A stretch of 62,639 nt of DNA, filler included, from Pirum gemmata (taxonomy: Eukaryota): assembly GCA_002812295.1 (NCBI GenBank). It is 23 parts of 23 records of this genome, joined end to end, with 100 filler letters (N's around TTAATTAATTAA, not from the genome) between each part and the next. Parts side by side here need not be neighbours in the genome. Positions count along the whole stretch, not along the records: positions 10,586 to 13,050 come from PDIN01006281.1; positions 13,151 to 15,577 come from PDIN01006282.1; positions 15,678 to 18,107 come from PDIN01006283.1; positions 18,208 to 20,679 come from PDIN01006284.1; positions 20,780 to 23,223 come from PDIN01006285.1; positions 23,324 to 25,782 come from PDIN01006286.1; 17 more parts are not named here. One strand, 5' to 3'. This document shows, piece by piece, positions 11,630-24,250 of the stretch. The translations under genes were made by a program, and so were the position numbers. The notes under the pieces were generated by a model. The model ran no database searches and had not been told where the DNA came from. It saw only the letters and a list, made by a program, of their open reading frames with translations. Each line of letters opens with the position of its first letter. The first letter of the stretch is position 1.

Positions 11630-13050
11630 TAGTCAGTAATAAAAATTAGTCAGTAATAATAATAATTGTTAGTCATTAATAATATAATTAGTAATATAAT
11701 AATAATAGTTAAGCCATTAGTAATACAATTAATAATAATAGTTAATTATTAATAATATAATTAGTAATAATAATAATGTAATAATAGGTAGTCATTAATA
11801 ATTTAGTTAATAATAATATCATTATATATGATATAATTATTTGCTTTTACATTAGTTATCCATCAGCTCTAATAATAATACTTAGTCATTAATAATATGA
11901 TTAGTAATAATAACAATATAATAATAATAGTTAGCCATTAATAATATAGTTAGTAATAATAATAATAATATAATAATAATAGTTAGTCATTATTTTATTT
12001 AATAATATAATTAATAATAATACCATTATATATAATTAATTATTTGTTTATACATTAGTTATCCATCAGCTCTAATAATAATAGTTATTCATTAATAATA
12101 AAATTAATAATAATAATAATATATTAATAATAGTTAGTCATTAATAATATAGTTAGTAATAATAATAATAATAATAATATAATAATAATAGGTAGTCATT
12201 AATAATATAATTAATAATAATATCATTATATATAGTATACTTATTTGCTTTTACATTAGTTATCCATCAGCTCTAATAATAATAGTTAGTCGTTAATAAT
12301 ATAATTAATATTATTAATAATAATATAATAATAATAGTTAGTCATTAATAATACAGTTAGTAATAATAATAATAATATAATAATAATAGTTAGTCATTAA
12401 TAATATAATTAATAATAATATCATTATATATAATATAATTTATTGCTTTTACATTAGTTATCCATCAGCTCTAACAATAATAGCTAGTCATTAATAACAA
12501 AATTAGTAATAATAATAATAATAATATAATATAGTTAGTCATTATTAATATAATTAATAGTAATAATAATATAATAATAATAGTTAGTAATTGATAATAT
12601 ATTTTATACATCAGCTATAATAATAATAGTTAGTCATTAAAAGTATAATCAGCAATAATATTAATAATAATATAATAATAATCAATAATATAATTAGTAA
12701 TAATAATAATAATATAATAATAATAGTTAGTAATATTATTATTAATAATATCATTATATATAATATCATTATTTGCTTATACAGTAGTTATCATCAGCTC
12801 TAATAATAATAGTTAGTCAGTAAATAGTATAGTTAGTAATAGTAATAATAATACTATAATACTAGTTAGTCATTAATAATATAATTAATAAAAATATAAT
12901 AATAACAGTTAGTCATTAATAATATAATTAATAATAATAAATAATAATATAATAATAACTAGTTAGTCATTAATAATATAACTAACAATAATAAATAATA
13001 ATATAATAATAATAGTTAGCTATTAATAATATAATTAATAATAATATCAT
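11630..13050. repeat. Extremely AT-rich intronic minisatellite (about 200-bp unit)
   Basis: tacattagttatccatcagctctaataataatagtt recurs at about 11848, 12051, 12252, 12450 and 12780 within tagtcattaataata sub-repeats. Confidence 0.85.
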
Positions 13051-13499
13051 NNNNNNNNNNNNNNNNNNNNNNNNNNNNNNNNNNNNNNNNNNNNTTAATT
13101 AATTAANNNNNNNNNNNNNNNNNNNNNNNNNNNNNNNNNNNNNNNNNNNNTTTTTTTTTTTTTTTTTTTAGAAGTAATTCTTGCCGTAATTCACTATTTT
13201 TTTAGATTTTTTTAATGGTGCAAACTTTTTGACTTTTCAGTTTTCGAACAAAAGTAATTTTTAATTAATTAATATACTTTTAATATATATTTAATAGATT
13301 TGAATTTTTCGAACATGAAAAAAAAAGGGGTGAGAAAAGACGATTGGACAAAAAATTATTTGAGAGTACCAATATAAAATATTACAAAGCCATTTTACGT
13401 AATTTGGTATTTTTTATTATTTATTTTCTAACAAAAAAAACTAACTAGACTATATTATAAAGTACCCTTTTAGTGTAAATTTTTATTTTTTATTTTTAA

Positions 13500-13730
13500 C
13501 AGCCAATCCGGATAAAACTGTAGAAATCATTTTTTTTAGACTTCTTTTCTAAAACTTTAATTATAACCAGCCAAATTATTATTAAAAACTGGCCATTGGT
13601 TCATAAAAGAGTTTTTTTATTTAAATAATTTTTCAAAATTTGGTATTACTTTTATTAAAATTGGGTCATTTTGAGATTTTTTGGATTTTGAGCTCATGGC
13701 GGATGTCGCCATTTTTATCCGTCTTGATAG
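13500..13730. mobile_element. MITE family A (about 231 bp, TTAA-flanked)
   Basis: Imperfect TIR cagccaatccggataaaa ... ttttatccgtcttgatag with TTAA immediately outside both ends. Copies at 32889-33124, about 39805-40025, about 50275-50525 and 52799-53032 (also TTAA-flanked). Confidence 0.88.
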
Positions 13731-13845
13731 TTAAAAAAAAAAAAACAATATAAAACTACAGAACCAATAAAAATACGAGAAGGATACGTATCTTTTTGTA
13801 ATTAGACGAGCTTTTTTTTTTTTTTTTTTTTTTTTTTCACAGAAA

Positions 13846-14131
13846 AGGGAGCATTAAAATAATACGACACGTGACTCACGTCAAGGGATAGGTAGGTAGG
13901 TGGTATTTGACCGGGAATAAACGTCGAGGGGTAGGTAGGTAGGGGGTATTTGAAGCTGTTTTTGACTAGAAATTGGCGTTGCGTAGTATTTGAACACGAA
14001 ACCGCATACGTCACGTGATTTAAGTCAAAGGGTAGGTAGGTAGGTGGTATTTGACCGGGAATAAACGTCGAGGGGTAGGTAAGTAGGGGGTATTTGAAGC
14101 TGTTTTTGACTGAAAATTGGCGTTGCGTAGT
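13846..14131. mobile_element. MITE subfamily C' (ggtaggtagg-rich) with internal duplication
   Basis: Ends resemble the family C TIR (agggagc.ttcaaataatacg ... cgtagtatttgaac). The internal block is duplicated here; single copies at 15336-15455 and about 56001-56139. Confidence 0.8.
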
Positions 14132-14353
14132 AGATTATGATAATTATCATGATATTGTGCTTTTCATTTATTTTGTCACTCCGAATATTTATTTGGTTGT
14201 TTATAATATTTAAATTTATACTTTTAAATAATATATGTATTATAATAAAATATACCAAATTAAATGAAATGGATTTATATTATATTAATTTGGTACTATT
14301 TATTGTATATTTTATGACGACAAAATAACTGAAAAGCACGATAGCATTTATCG

Positions 14354-14411
14354 ATAGTAGTAGTGTATTGTAGTAGTAGTAGTGGTGGTGGTAGTAGTGG
14401 TAGTAGTGGTT

Positions 14412-14456
<45 letters not shown>

Positions 14457-14468
14457 TTAATAGTAGTN

Positions 14469-14500
<32 letters not shown>

Positions 14501-14516
14501 ATAGTAGTAATAGTAA

Positions 14517-14548
<32 letters not shown>

Positions 14549-14738
14549 ATACAATGCTAGTAGTAGTAGTAGTGGTAGTAGTAATAATACAATGCTAGTA
14601 GTAGTAGTGGTAGTAGTAATAATACAATGCTAGTAGTAGTAGTGGTGGTGGTGGTGTTGATAATAGTAGAAGTAGTAGATAGTAGTGATAGTAGTAATAG
14701 TAGTAATAGTAGTAATAGTATTATTATTATTAGTAGTG

Positions 14739-14782
<44 letters not shown>

Positions 14783-14891
14783 GGTAGTAGTAGTATATAG
14801 TAGTAGTAGTAGGTAGTAGTAGCAGTAGTAGTAGGTAGTAGTAGTAGCAGTAGTAGTAGCAGCAGCAGCAGTAGTAGTAGTAGTAGTATCA

Positions 14892-14926
<35 letters not shown>

Positions 14927-14940
14927 TCATTTGATAGTAG
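14354..14940. repeat. (GTA)n/(GTG)n microsatellite tract
   Basis: Direct reading. Confidence 0.95.
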
Positions 14941-15677
14941 TGACAATAATACAATAATATTATTAGAATAGACTAGGTCCCCTCCTTTTTCTAACCCTAA
15001 CCCTAACCCTAACCCTAACCCTAACCCTAACCCTAACCCTGACCCTGACCCTAACCCTAACCTTAACCCTAACCTTAACCTAAACCTCAGTAACCCTTAT
15101 TAAAAATTTTATTTAGAACAGCTCTACCAGCAGTCACAGTTTATTAACATCCTGCTTTTCAGTTATTTTGTCATCATAAAATATACAATAAAAAGTACCA
15201 AATTAATACAATATAAATCCATTTCATTTAATTTGGTATATTTTATTATATATTTATTTATTTAAAAGTATCAATTTAAATATTATAACCAGCCAAATAA
15301 ATATTCAAGAGTGACAAAATAAACGAAAGCTAGAAAGGGAGAGTTCAAATAATACGGCACGACAAGGGGTAGGTAGATAGGTGGTATTTGACCGGAAATC
15401 AACGTCGAGGGGTAGGTAGGTAGGGGGGTATTTGAAGCTGTATTGGAACGCTCCCAAAGAAGACACTAGCTCTAGAAAAGAATTTCTATTGCACAACACG
15501 TAAACTCTTGTTATTTAAAAACGCCCAACTTTTTTGGGTTTACTAGAATTTTCAATTTTCGAATATAAGTAATGTAANNNNNNNNNNNNNNNNNNNNNNN
15601 NNNNNNNNNNNNNNNNNNNNNTTAATTAATTAANNNNNNNNNNNNNNNNNNNNNNNNNNNNNNNNNNNNNNNNNNNN

Positions 15678-16261
15678 TGGTTGTGGTTGTGGTTGTGGTT
15701 GTGGTTGTGGTTGTTTTTTTTGTTGTAGTTGTTTTTGACGTTGTAAGTGTTGTTGTTGTTGTTGTTTTTTTTGTAATTTTTGTAATTGTAAATGATGTTG
15801 TTGTTTTTGCAACTGTGTCTTAGTAACCGCAACTACCAACGTAGATGTTGGTGAAGTTATAGAAGATGAAGCTATTAATGTATTAGGATAATTTGTAAAA
15901 TTAGAACTATTGGTATTTGTAAAATTAGAATTATTGTTGTTGTTAATGTTATTGTTCATGTTGTTGTTCATGTTGTTGTTGTTGATGTTGTTGTTCATGT
16001 TGTTGTTCATGCTGTTATTCATGTTCTTATTTAATAATAATGGTTTGATTAACAATGGAGCAACTGATGTTTTCATTTCTGTTTTCAATTCTCGTTTCTT
16101 ACTTTTAAAAACGTTTTTTTGCAATTTCAAAGGTCGATGTTTCTTATGTTTTTTATAATACAAACCACAAGCATTACACATGATTTGATTGTTTTCTTTA
16201 TCTTTTCTCCACAACGGTGTTGAAGTAGTGTCGCAATTACAACAAACAAAGTTATTATCAC

Positions 16262-16292
<31 letters not shown>

Positions 16293-16619
16293 TTCTTTAT
16301 CATCTTTGTTGTTGTTCTCATCTTTAATTTTTTTATGGTGTAAGTTATTATTATGAAGGGAATCTCTTAACTCTTCCACGGTTACACTCATTCTTCGTTT
16401 TTGAGAAATTTCGTTTGAAAGTTGTTGTTCTTTTCTGAAAGCGTCAGCTAAATCAGTACAAGATTGACTTCCTCTTATATTTGAATTGTTTGGAAATTTG
16501 AAAAAAGTTGATGAATTGTGTCTTTGTAGTTTAGTTGGTGTGTGAATGGTGGTTGGTGAATGTATTGTAGTTGTTGATAAATCAAAACAAGAAGTAACTC
16601 GTTTTAGTTGTAGTGTTGG

Positions 16620-16669
<50 letters not shown>

Positions 16670-17308
16670 GATGATGATGATGATGCTGTTGCTGTTGCTG
16701 TTGTTGTTGTTGTTGTTGTTGTTGTTGATGATGATGATGATGATGATGATGATGTTGTTGTTGTTGTTGTGTTGGTTGTGGTTGTGGTTGTGGTTGTAGT
16801 TGTAGTTGTGAATGTGAATGTGGTTGTGGTTGTGGTTGTGGTTGTGGTTGTGGTTGTGGTTGTGGTTGTGGTTGGATGTGGTGTAAGTGTTGTAAACGTT
16901 GATGGTGTTGTTGGATACGGAAGAATTCTTGTATATGAGGTGGGTGTTGTTGCTGTTGTTGTTGTTGTTGTGGATGTTGTTGTTGTTGTTGTTGTTGTTG
17001 CTGCTGTTGTTGTTGGTATTGTTGATATTGTTGTAGATAATGCTGTTGTTGTTGTTGTTGGTGTTGGTGTTGGTGGTGGTGTTGTTGGTGTTGTTGGTGT
17101 TGTTGGTGTTGTTGGTGTTGTTGTTGTTGTTGGTGTTGTTGTTGTTGTTGTTGTTGATGATGCTGTTGTTGTTGTTGTGTGTAATACATTTGTTCATTGA
17201 ATGACGCTGGATGTGTTATGTATCCATTCATAAACTCTACACTCTGTGAAGTTGTCGTTATCATATTATTACTATTATCATTATTACTATTATCATTATT
17301 ATTTTCAC

Positions 17309-17348
<40 letters not shown>

Positions 17349-17777
17349 CTCTGAATTATCGTTATCGTAATTGAATAATAAATCTGGGGAAGATTGACCG
17401 TCGTGTACATTATTGTAAAATACGGCAGTGTTATCATTACAATTAGGTTGAGTAGTTAACCAAGCTTCCGGTCGAATACATTGACTTATAGGTGAGCCAT
17501 TTAGATTACTACTACTACTATTATTATTATTATGGATATCAATTTTATTTGCATTATCGTTTTCCTTATTAAATGCACTCTCCATACTCGTCATGCTGCT
17601 GTAACTGTTGCTGTTATTGTTGATGATGTTATTGTTAGTAATTGGTACTCCAATTAGAGCCGTTTGCTTTAATAATGCATCACTATTAGAATTTCGCCGA
17701 TTAAATAAATAATCCATTGGTGTACTTTTTGAAAACCTACGAAAGCTATTCAAATCACTTTTGTTATCTAATTGCAT
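15678..17777 (-). CDS. GATA-type zinc-finger transcription factor with long polyQ/H/N and (QP)n tracts; 3' end truncated by contig end
   Basis: CCNC-DTTSTPLWRKDKENNQIM-CNAC-GLYYKKHKKHRPL is C-X2-C-X18-C-X2-C plus a basic tail (about 16120-16250), in an ORF of about 700 aa. Confidence 0.93.
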
Positions 17778-18232
17778 TGTGACTTTTTGTGATTTGTGAT
17801 TTGTGATTTGTGTTCTGTGTTTTAAATTTGTGTTTTGTGTTTTGTGTTTTGTGTTTTGTGTTTTTTTTTTTTGATTTTTTTGATTTTTGGTTTGATTTTT
17901 TGATTTGTGATTTATATTATTATTATTATTATTTTGATTTGTGATTTATATTATTATTATTATTTCGAAACCTATTGATGATTTTTTATTTATTTGTGTG
18001 ATATTTTGTAATTATTATTTATTGTCAGTTGTTTTTTAATTTTTAATAATATTATTCATTTTGTTTTATAAACTTTAAATTCTATTTATTGTATGTATTA
18101 TTATTACNNNNNNNNNNNNNNNNNNNNNNNNNNNNNNNNNNNNNNNNNNNNTTAATTAATTAANNNNNNNNNNNNNNNNNNNNNNNNNNNNNNNNNNNNN
18201 NNNNNNNTCGGTATTTTGACACATTACTTAAA

Positions 18233-20148
18233 AAATCCAAAATCAGTACTAAAATCTTGAAGAAAATATATGTTGTTGATGATAATAATGATGAGGTTAA
18301 CGTAATGGTTAGTATGTTGTTTTGTTGTTTTGTTGTTTGTTTGTTTTGTTGTTTTGTTGTTTGTTTGTTTTGTTGTTTTGTTGTTTGTTTGTTTTGTTGT
18401 TTGTTTGTTTTGTTGTTTGTTTGTTTTGTTGTTTTGTTGTTTGTTGTTTTGTTGTTTGTTGTTTTTTGTTTTGTTGTTTTGTTGTTTAATCCAAAACTAA
18501 TACTAAAATCTTGAAGAAAACATATGTTGTTGATGATAATAATGTTAAGGTTAACGTTATGGCTAGTATGTTGTTTTTTTGTTGTTTTGTTGTTTTGTTA
18601 TTTGTTTGTTTTGTTGTCTTGCTGTTTGTTTGTTTTATTGTTTTGCTGTTTGTTTGTTTTGTTGTTTTGTTCTTTTGTTGTTTGTTCTTTTGTTCTTTTG
18701 TTGTTTAATTCAAAATTAGTACTAAAATCTTGAAGAAAATATATGTTGTTGATAATAATAATGATGAGGCTAACGTAATGGTTAGTATGTTGTTTTGTTG
18801 TTTTGTTGCTTGTTTGTTTGTTTGTTTTGTTGTTTGTTTGTTTTGTTGTTTTGTTGTTTGTTGTTTTGTTGTTTGTTGTTTTTTGTTTTGTTGTTTTGTT
18901 GTTTAATCCAAAACTAATACTAAAATCTTGAAGAAAACATATGTTGTTGATGATAATAATGTTAAGGTTAACGTTATGGCTAGTATGTTGTTTTTTTGTT
19001 GTTTTGTTGTTTTGTTATTTGTTTGTTTTGTTGTCTTGCTGTTTGTTTGTTTTATTGTTTTGCTGTTTGTTTGTTTTGTTGTTTTGTTCTTTTGTTGTTT
19101 GTTCTTTTGTTCTTTTGTTGTTTAATTCAAAATTAGTACTAAAATCTTGAAGAAAATATATGTTGTTGATAATAATAATGATGAGGCTAACGTAATGGTT
19201 AGTATGTTGTTTTGTTGTTTTGTTGCTTGTTTGTTTGTTTGTTTTGTTGTTTGTTTGTTTTGTTGTTTTGTTTTTTTGTTTTTTTGTTGTTTGTTTGTTT
19301 TGTTGTTTTGTTGTGTTGTTGTTTTGTTGTGTTGTTGTGTTATTGTGTTGTTGTTTGTTGTTTTGTTGTTTTGTTGTGTGTTGTTTTGTAGTTTTGTTGT
19401 TTAATCCAAAATTAGTACTAAAATCTTGAAGAAAATATATGTTGTTGATGAAAATAATGATTAGGTTAACGTAATGGTTAGTATGTTGTTTTGTTGTTTG
19501 TTTGTTTTGTTGTTTGTTGTTTGTTGTTTTGTTGTTTTGTTGTTTTGTTTGTTTTGTTGTTTGTTTGTTTTGTTGTTTGTTGTTTTGTTGTTTGTTGTTT
19601 TGTTGTTTGTTGTTATGTTCTTTTGTTGTTTAATTCAAAATTAGTACTAAAATCTTGAAGAAAATATATGTTGTTGATAATAATGATGATGAGGTTAACG
19701 TAATGGTTAGTATGTTGTTTTGTTGTTTTGTTGATTATTTGTTTTGTTGTTTTGTTGTTTGTTTGTTTTGTTGTTTTGTTGTTTGTTTGTTTTGCTGTTT
19801 TGTTGTTTTGTTGTTTTGTTGTTTTGTTGTTTTGTTGTTTTGTTGTTTGTTGGTTTATTGTTTGTTGTTTTGTTGTTTGTTGTTTGTTGTTTTGTTGTTT
19901 TGTTGTTTAATCCAAAATTAATACTAAATTTTTGAAGAAAATATATGTTGTTAATGATAATAATGATGAGGTTAATGCACTGGTTAGTATGTTGTTTTGT
20001 TGTTTTGTTGTTTGTTTGTTTTGTTTGTTTTGTTGTTTGTTTTGTTGTTTTGTTTGTTGCTTTGCTGTTTGTTGTTTTGTTGTTTTGTTGTTTAATCTAA
20101 AGTTAGTACTAAAATCATTAAGGAAATATATGTTGTTGTTGTTGTTGC

Positions 20149-20203
<55 letters not shown>

Positions 20204-20400
20204 NTATATGTTGTTAATGATAATAATGATGAGGTTAATGCACTGGTTAGTATGTTGTTTTGTTGTTTTGTTGTTTGTTTGTTTTGTTTGTTTTGTTGTT
20301 TGTTTTGTTGTTTTGTTTGTTGCTTTGCTGTTTGTTGTTTTGTTGTTTTGTTGTTTAATCTAAAGTTAGTACTAAAATCATTAAGGAAATATATGTTGTT
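18233..20400. repeat. Complex satellite: conserved core of about 85 bp alternating with variable (TTG/TTTG)n tracts, about 10 units
   Basis: Core aatccaaaattagtactaaaatcttgaagaaaatatatgttgttgat...gaggttaacgtaatggttagtatg at about 18235, 18490, 18706, 18905, 19123, 19403, 19632, 19908, 20095 and 20357. Confidence 0.93.
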
Positions 20401-20411
20401 GTTGTTGTTGC

Positions 20412-20466
<55 letters not shown>

Positions 20467-20612
20467 AATATCATTATATAAATATTAGGATACAAACAAA
20501 ATAGAAAATCCATATAAAAGATCATTCTGTGATATACCTGGAATTAGTTATTGTTGTTGTTGTTGCTGTTGTTGTTGCTGTTGTTGTTGGTGGTGGTGGT
20601 GGTGGTGTTGTT

Positions 20613-20647
<35 letters not shown>

Positions 20648-20779
20648 TGTTGTTGTTGTTGGTGTTGTTGTTGGTGTTGNNNNNNNNNNNNNNNNNNNNN
20701 NNNNNNNNNNNNNNNNNNNNNNNTTAATTAATTAANNNNNNNNNNNNNNNNNNNNNNNNNNNNNNNNNNNNNNNNNNNN

Positions 20780-21382
20780 AATAATAATAATAATAGTAAT
20801 AATAATAGTAGTAATAATAATAATTGTAATAATAATAATAGTAATAATAATAATAATAGTAGCAACAATAGCAACAATAACAAAAACAACAACAATAATA
20901 AAAATAATAATAGCAGTAAAAAAAATAACAGTAATAAAAATGACAACAACAACAACAGTGATAATAATAATAATAATAAAACCGAAGAAGAATTCAATAG
21001 TTATCATTTCGAAAATGAAAGTTTTGATTTATTATTATCATTTAGTGCTGGGATTATTTCAGATTATTGTTTAAAATATTTGAAATACAATGGATATTTT
21101 CTGTGCAGTGATGCCCATTACGATGCTCGATGGACTTTTATAAACCGTGATGTATTGCAAATGAAACTGATTGGTGTTTGGGACAAAAAAGTCAATGACT
21201 TTAATTATGATGAACATGTATTATCTGAGTGTTTTCGAATTGTAAAAAATAGTGAATATATAAATAAAAGTCAAGTTCAAGAGTGCTTCGACGGAATCCC
21301 TAAAGCGAGAAGAAGTTTCAAAATGTTACAAGAAAATATGGTGTATTTGTTTCAAAAAATTAAAAGTGAAAAAGTGTTTTAA
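20780..21382 (+). CDS. C-terminal part of a class I SAM-methyltransferase-like protein preceded by an in-frame Asn-rich tract (5' truncated)
   Basis: Frame open from the gap: (N/S-rich)...FENESFDLLLSFSAGIISDYCLKYLKYNGYFLCSDAHYDA...YLFQKI*. The 'sFDll...lLk.nG.f' elements correspond to Rossmann methyltransferase strands 4 and 5. Confidence 0.65.
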   Translation, partial: NNNNNSNNNSSNNNNCNNNNSNNNNNSSNNSNNNKNNNNNKNNNSSKKNNSNKNDNNNNSDNNNNNKTEEEFNSYHFENESFDLLLSFSAGIISDYCLKYLKYNGYFLCSDAHYDARWTFINRDVLQMKLIGVWDKKVNDFNYDEHVLSECFRIVKNSEYINKSQVQECFDGIPKARRSFKMLQENMVYLFQKIKSEKVF

Positions 21383-22039
21383 AAAAATGATAATGATGAT
21401 TTGTTCTTATCCAAATAGATTACCGCGTTAAAATTAATATATATATATTCAATGAGCTATATTAAATCACCATTTAACTATAAGCTCTAATTTACTTGCC
21501 AACTAATTTATACATTATTAAAATTGGTGTGAACGGTTGAAGTCAATTTCTCCTATGTTAAAAAAGTTTGATTTATATTATTATTATTATTATTATTATT
21601 ATTTCTTTTTCTATCATAAAGAGAAATTTTATTTTTGTAAAAAAATCATAACCCTAACCCTGCCCCTGACCCCTAACCCTTACTCCAACTCCAACTCCAA
21701 CCCCAGCCCTAACCCTAACCCTTAGGTTACAATTATGGGGTGACTATTAAAACTGCAATTTTTGATTTGTGTCAAAATATTTTGATATAAGTTGATGAAT
21801 TGATTATCTTTCACTTTTATTTTGTTTTTATTTTCATAGATTTATCATAAAATATAGTCTATGATTAACAGTTGTGTTGTTTTTTTAAGTAGAAAACTTT
21901 CGTTCCCACGGCATTCCTCCCTCTACTAAATCGTCAAATTTTGTGGCAGAGCTCCTAATTACAGTAGAGGGTGTAATTAGTGTTTGGGTTACTATTTTCA
22001 ACGTGAGACACTTGGACTTGTTTTAATGGCGCTTATATT

Positions 22040-22688
22040 TTTGGTATAATATGGACTATGTTTAGTAATTTACTTATGTTGTTATAAATAGTGTCCCACA
22101 AATTTTGAAAGGGACCTATTTGCAACTAGACTAATTACACCCATGTAGCAAGGTAGATAAGGTTTATATCTTCGTTTGCCCTAACCCTAACCCTAACCCT
22201 AACCCTAACCTGAACCCTAGCCCTAACCCTAACCCTAACTCTAACCGTAACCTTAAATGTAACCTTAACCCTAACCTTAACCGTAACACTGACCCTGGCA
22301 GCTGTTAGTCAACGCTCTTTACCTTATCATTAGCATAGGGACTAGCTTACCCTAACCCTAACCCTAACCCTAATTGGTATTATATAGACTACGTTTAGTA
22401 ATTTACTCATGTTGTTATAAATAGTGTCCCACAAATTTTGAAAGGGACCTATTTGCAACTAGACTAATTACACCCATGTAGCAAGGTAGATAAGGTTTAT
22501 ATCTTCGTTTGCCCTAACCCCCTAACCCTAACCCTAACCCTAACCCTAACCTGAACCCTAGCCCTAACCCTAACCCTAACTCTAACCGTAACCTTAACCG
22601 TAACCTTAACCGTAACCTTAACCGTAATCCTGACCCTGGTAGCTGTTAGTCAACGCTTTTTAACTTGTCATTAGCATAGGGACTAGAT
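22040..22688. repeat. Tandem duplication of about 335-350 bp, each unit containing CCCTAA-variant arrays
   Basis: tttagtaatttact.atgttgttataaatagtgtcccacaaattttgaaagggacc... at about 22060 and 22394; both units end in ttagcatagggactag. Confidence 0.92.
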
Positions 22689-23044
22689 AAAGTATACAGG
22701 GCTAGCACGGATGACGCCATAATAACAATATTTTTTATTTTTTTTATTTTTTAACAACATCAATTCAGGTTGAGGAAAATTAAATTACTAATTATTGGAA
22801 GATTAAGAGTAGTTATGTCGCTTTTTGATTACTCATGCATCCAAAAATTCCCTCTTAAAATTAAATTACTAATTATTGGAACATTAATAAGAGTAGTTAT
22901 GACGCTGTTTGATTACTCTCATAATTCCAAAAATGGTAATATTATATGAGAAACTATGGGAGGGGGTTTTACTTTTTCTCTATACCTGAAGCAAGGTTAG
23001 AAATATATTGTCATTTGTGCCAGCCCTGTACTTAAGTCCCAATG
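22675..23044. mobile_element. MITE family D
   Basis: Imperfect TIR catagggacta...aagtatacagggctagcacggatgac / gtcatttgtgccagccctgtacttaagtcccaatg; second copy at 44903-45349. Confidence 0.8.
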
Positions 23045-23558
23045 TAATTAATTCATTTCGATTTTGCTAATAATTGAGCTTCACTATCAGAATGTGATAC
23101 GAAATTGTATGGTGAAAAATTTATTGACCTTGCTTTATCCTTCAAGTACTATTTCACAACAACAACAACAATTAATTATATACAAAAAAGAAAATATGTT
23201 AATAATATTAATATTAATATTAANNNNNNNNNNNNNNNNNNNNNNNNNNNNNNNNNNNNNNNNNNNNTTAATTAATTAANNNNNNNNNNNNNNNNNNNNN
23301 NNNNNNNNNNNNNNNNNNNNNNNTTATTATTATATTTATTATTATATTTAAAAATTAAAACAATGTATCCCCTAAAAAAACAGGAAGAATATATGCCTTG
23401 TTAAGCTCAAACAATAAGAGAACTATCGGAAAAGAGAAAGTTGTATTAAAAAAAAGATGTAATAATTTACCAAGTGAAAAAAAGAGCAAGAACCTTTGAA
23501 TAAAATGGTTTTATATCTAAGCACCTGCGCAAAAAGAAAAAGAAAAAGAAATATGACA

Positions 23559-23589
<31 letters not shown>

Positions 23590-24250
23590 ATATGTATAAA
23601 ATGTAGAAAAAATAGTAATGAAACTTTGTTTTTTGTTTTTTGTTTGTTATTTGTGTCAGTCATATGTAGTTTTTGTTATTAGTATTTGCAAGTGTACTTA
23701 AGGGTATAATAATAATAATAATAATAACAATAATAATAATACGAATAGTAATCTCGATTAAATTCATCAATTAGAACCTAAGTGAGATCGATATGGTTGG
23801 TGATTTAAATATACTGAGTGTGTGGCTTATTCGTTGAAAATGACTTAAAAATTTGTTTTGTTTTATATATCACAATTTAAAAATTGACACGTGTTTTTCA
23901 ATGTAAGGACGAGAACTTTTTTTTATTTACTTTTTTAAATACACAAAATAAAAAACATGAATAATAATGTTTAAGTAAATCAAACGTCCAACTACAGCTC
24001 AATTAAACAGAGTGGTAGTAGAGGGGGGGATAAAATGAATATGTTTGTGAAATGTTATGTTTTTAGAGAATCAAATTATTGTTTCAAAATTTGAAACTGA
24101 TGTACAATTGCATTATTATTACGTTTATTATTTTATTACTGTAAAGCAAATTGCATGATCGCTATGATGCGCAAGTATTACACATGGTATTATAACACTC
24201 GATTCAAAAAATGAAATAAAAGCGAAAGTGTTAATATCGCGAAATATGAA

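Noticed and set aside
16604..17200. Overlapping 195-197-aa ORFs
   Set aside because: Shadow frames of the polyQ/H region of the GATA gene.
18233..20400. CRISPR-like repeat-spacer appearance
   Set aside because: Repeats are about 85 bp and degenerate, spacers are TTG microsatellite rather than unique sequence, there are no cas genes and the context is eukaryotic. The Cys/Val/Phe-rich ORFs here are repeat translations.
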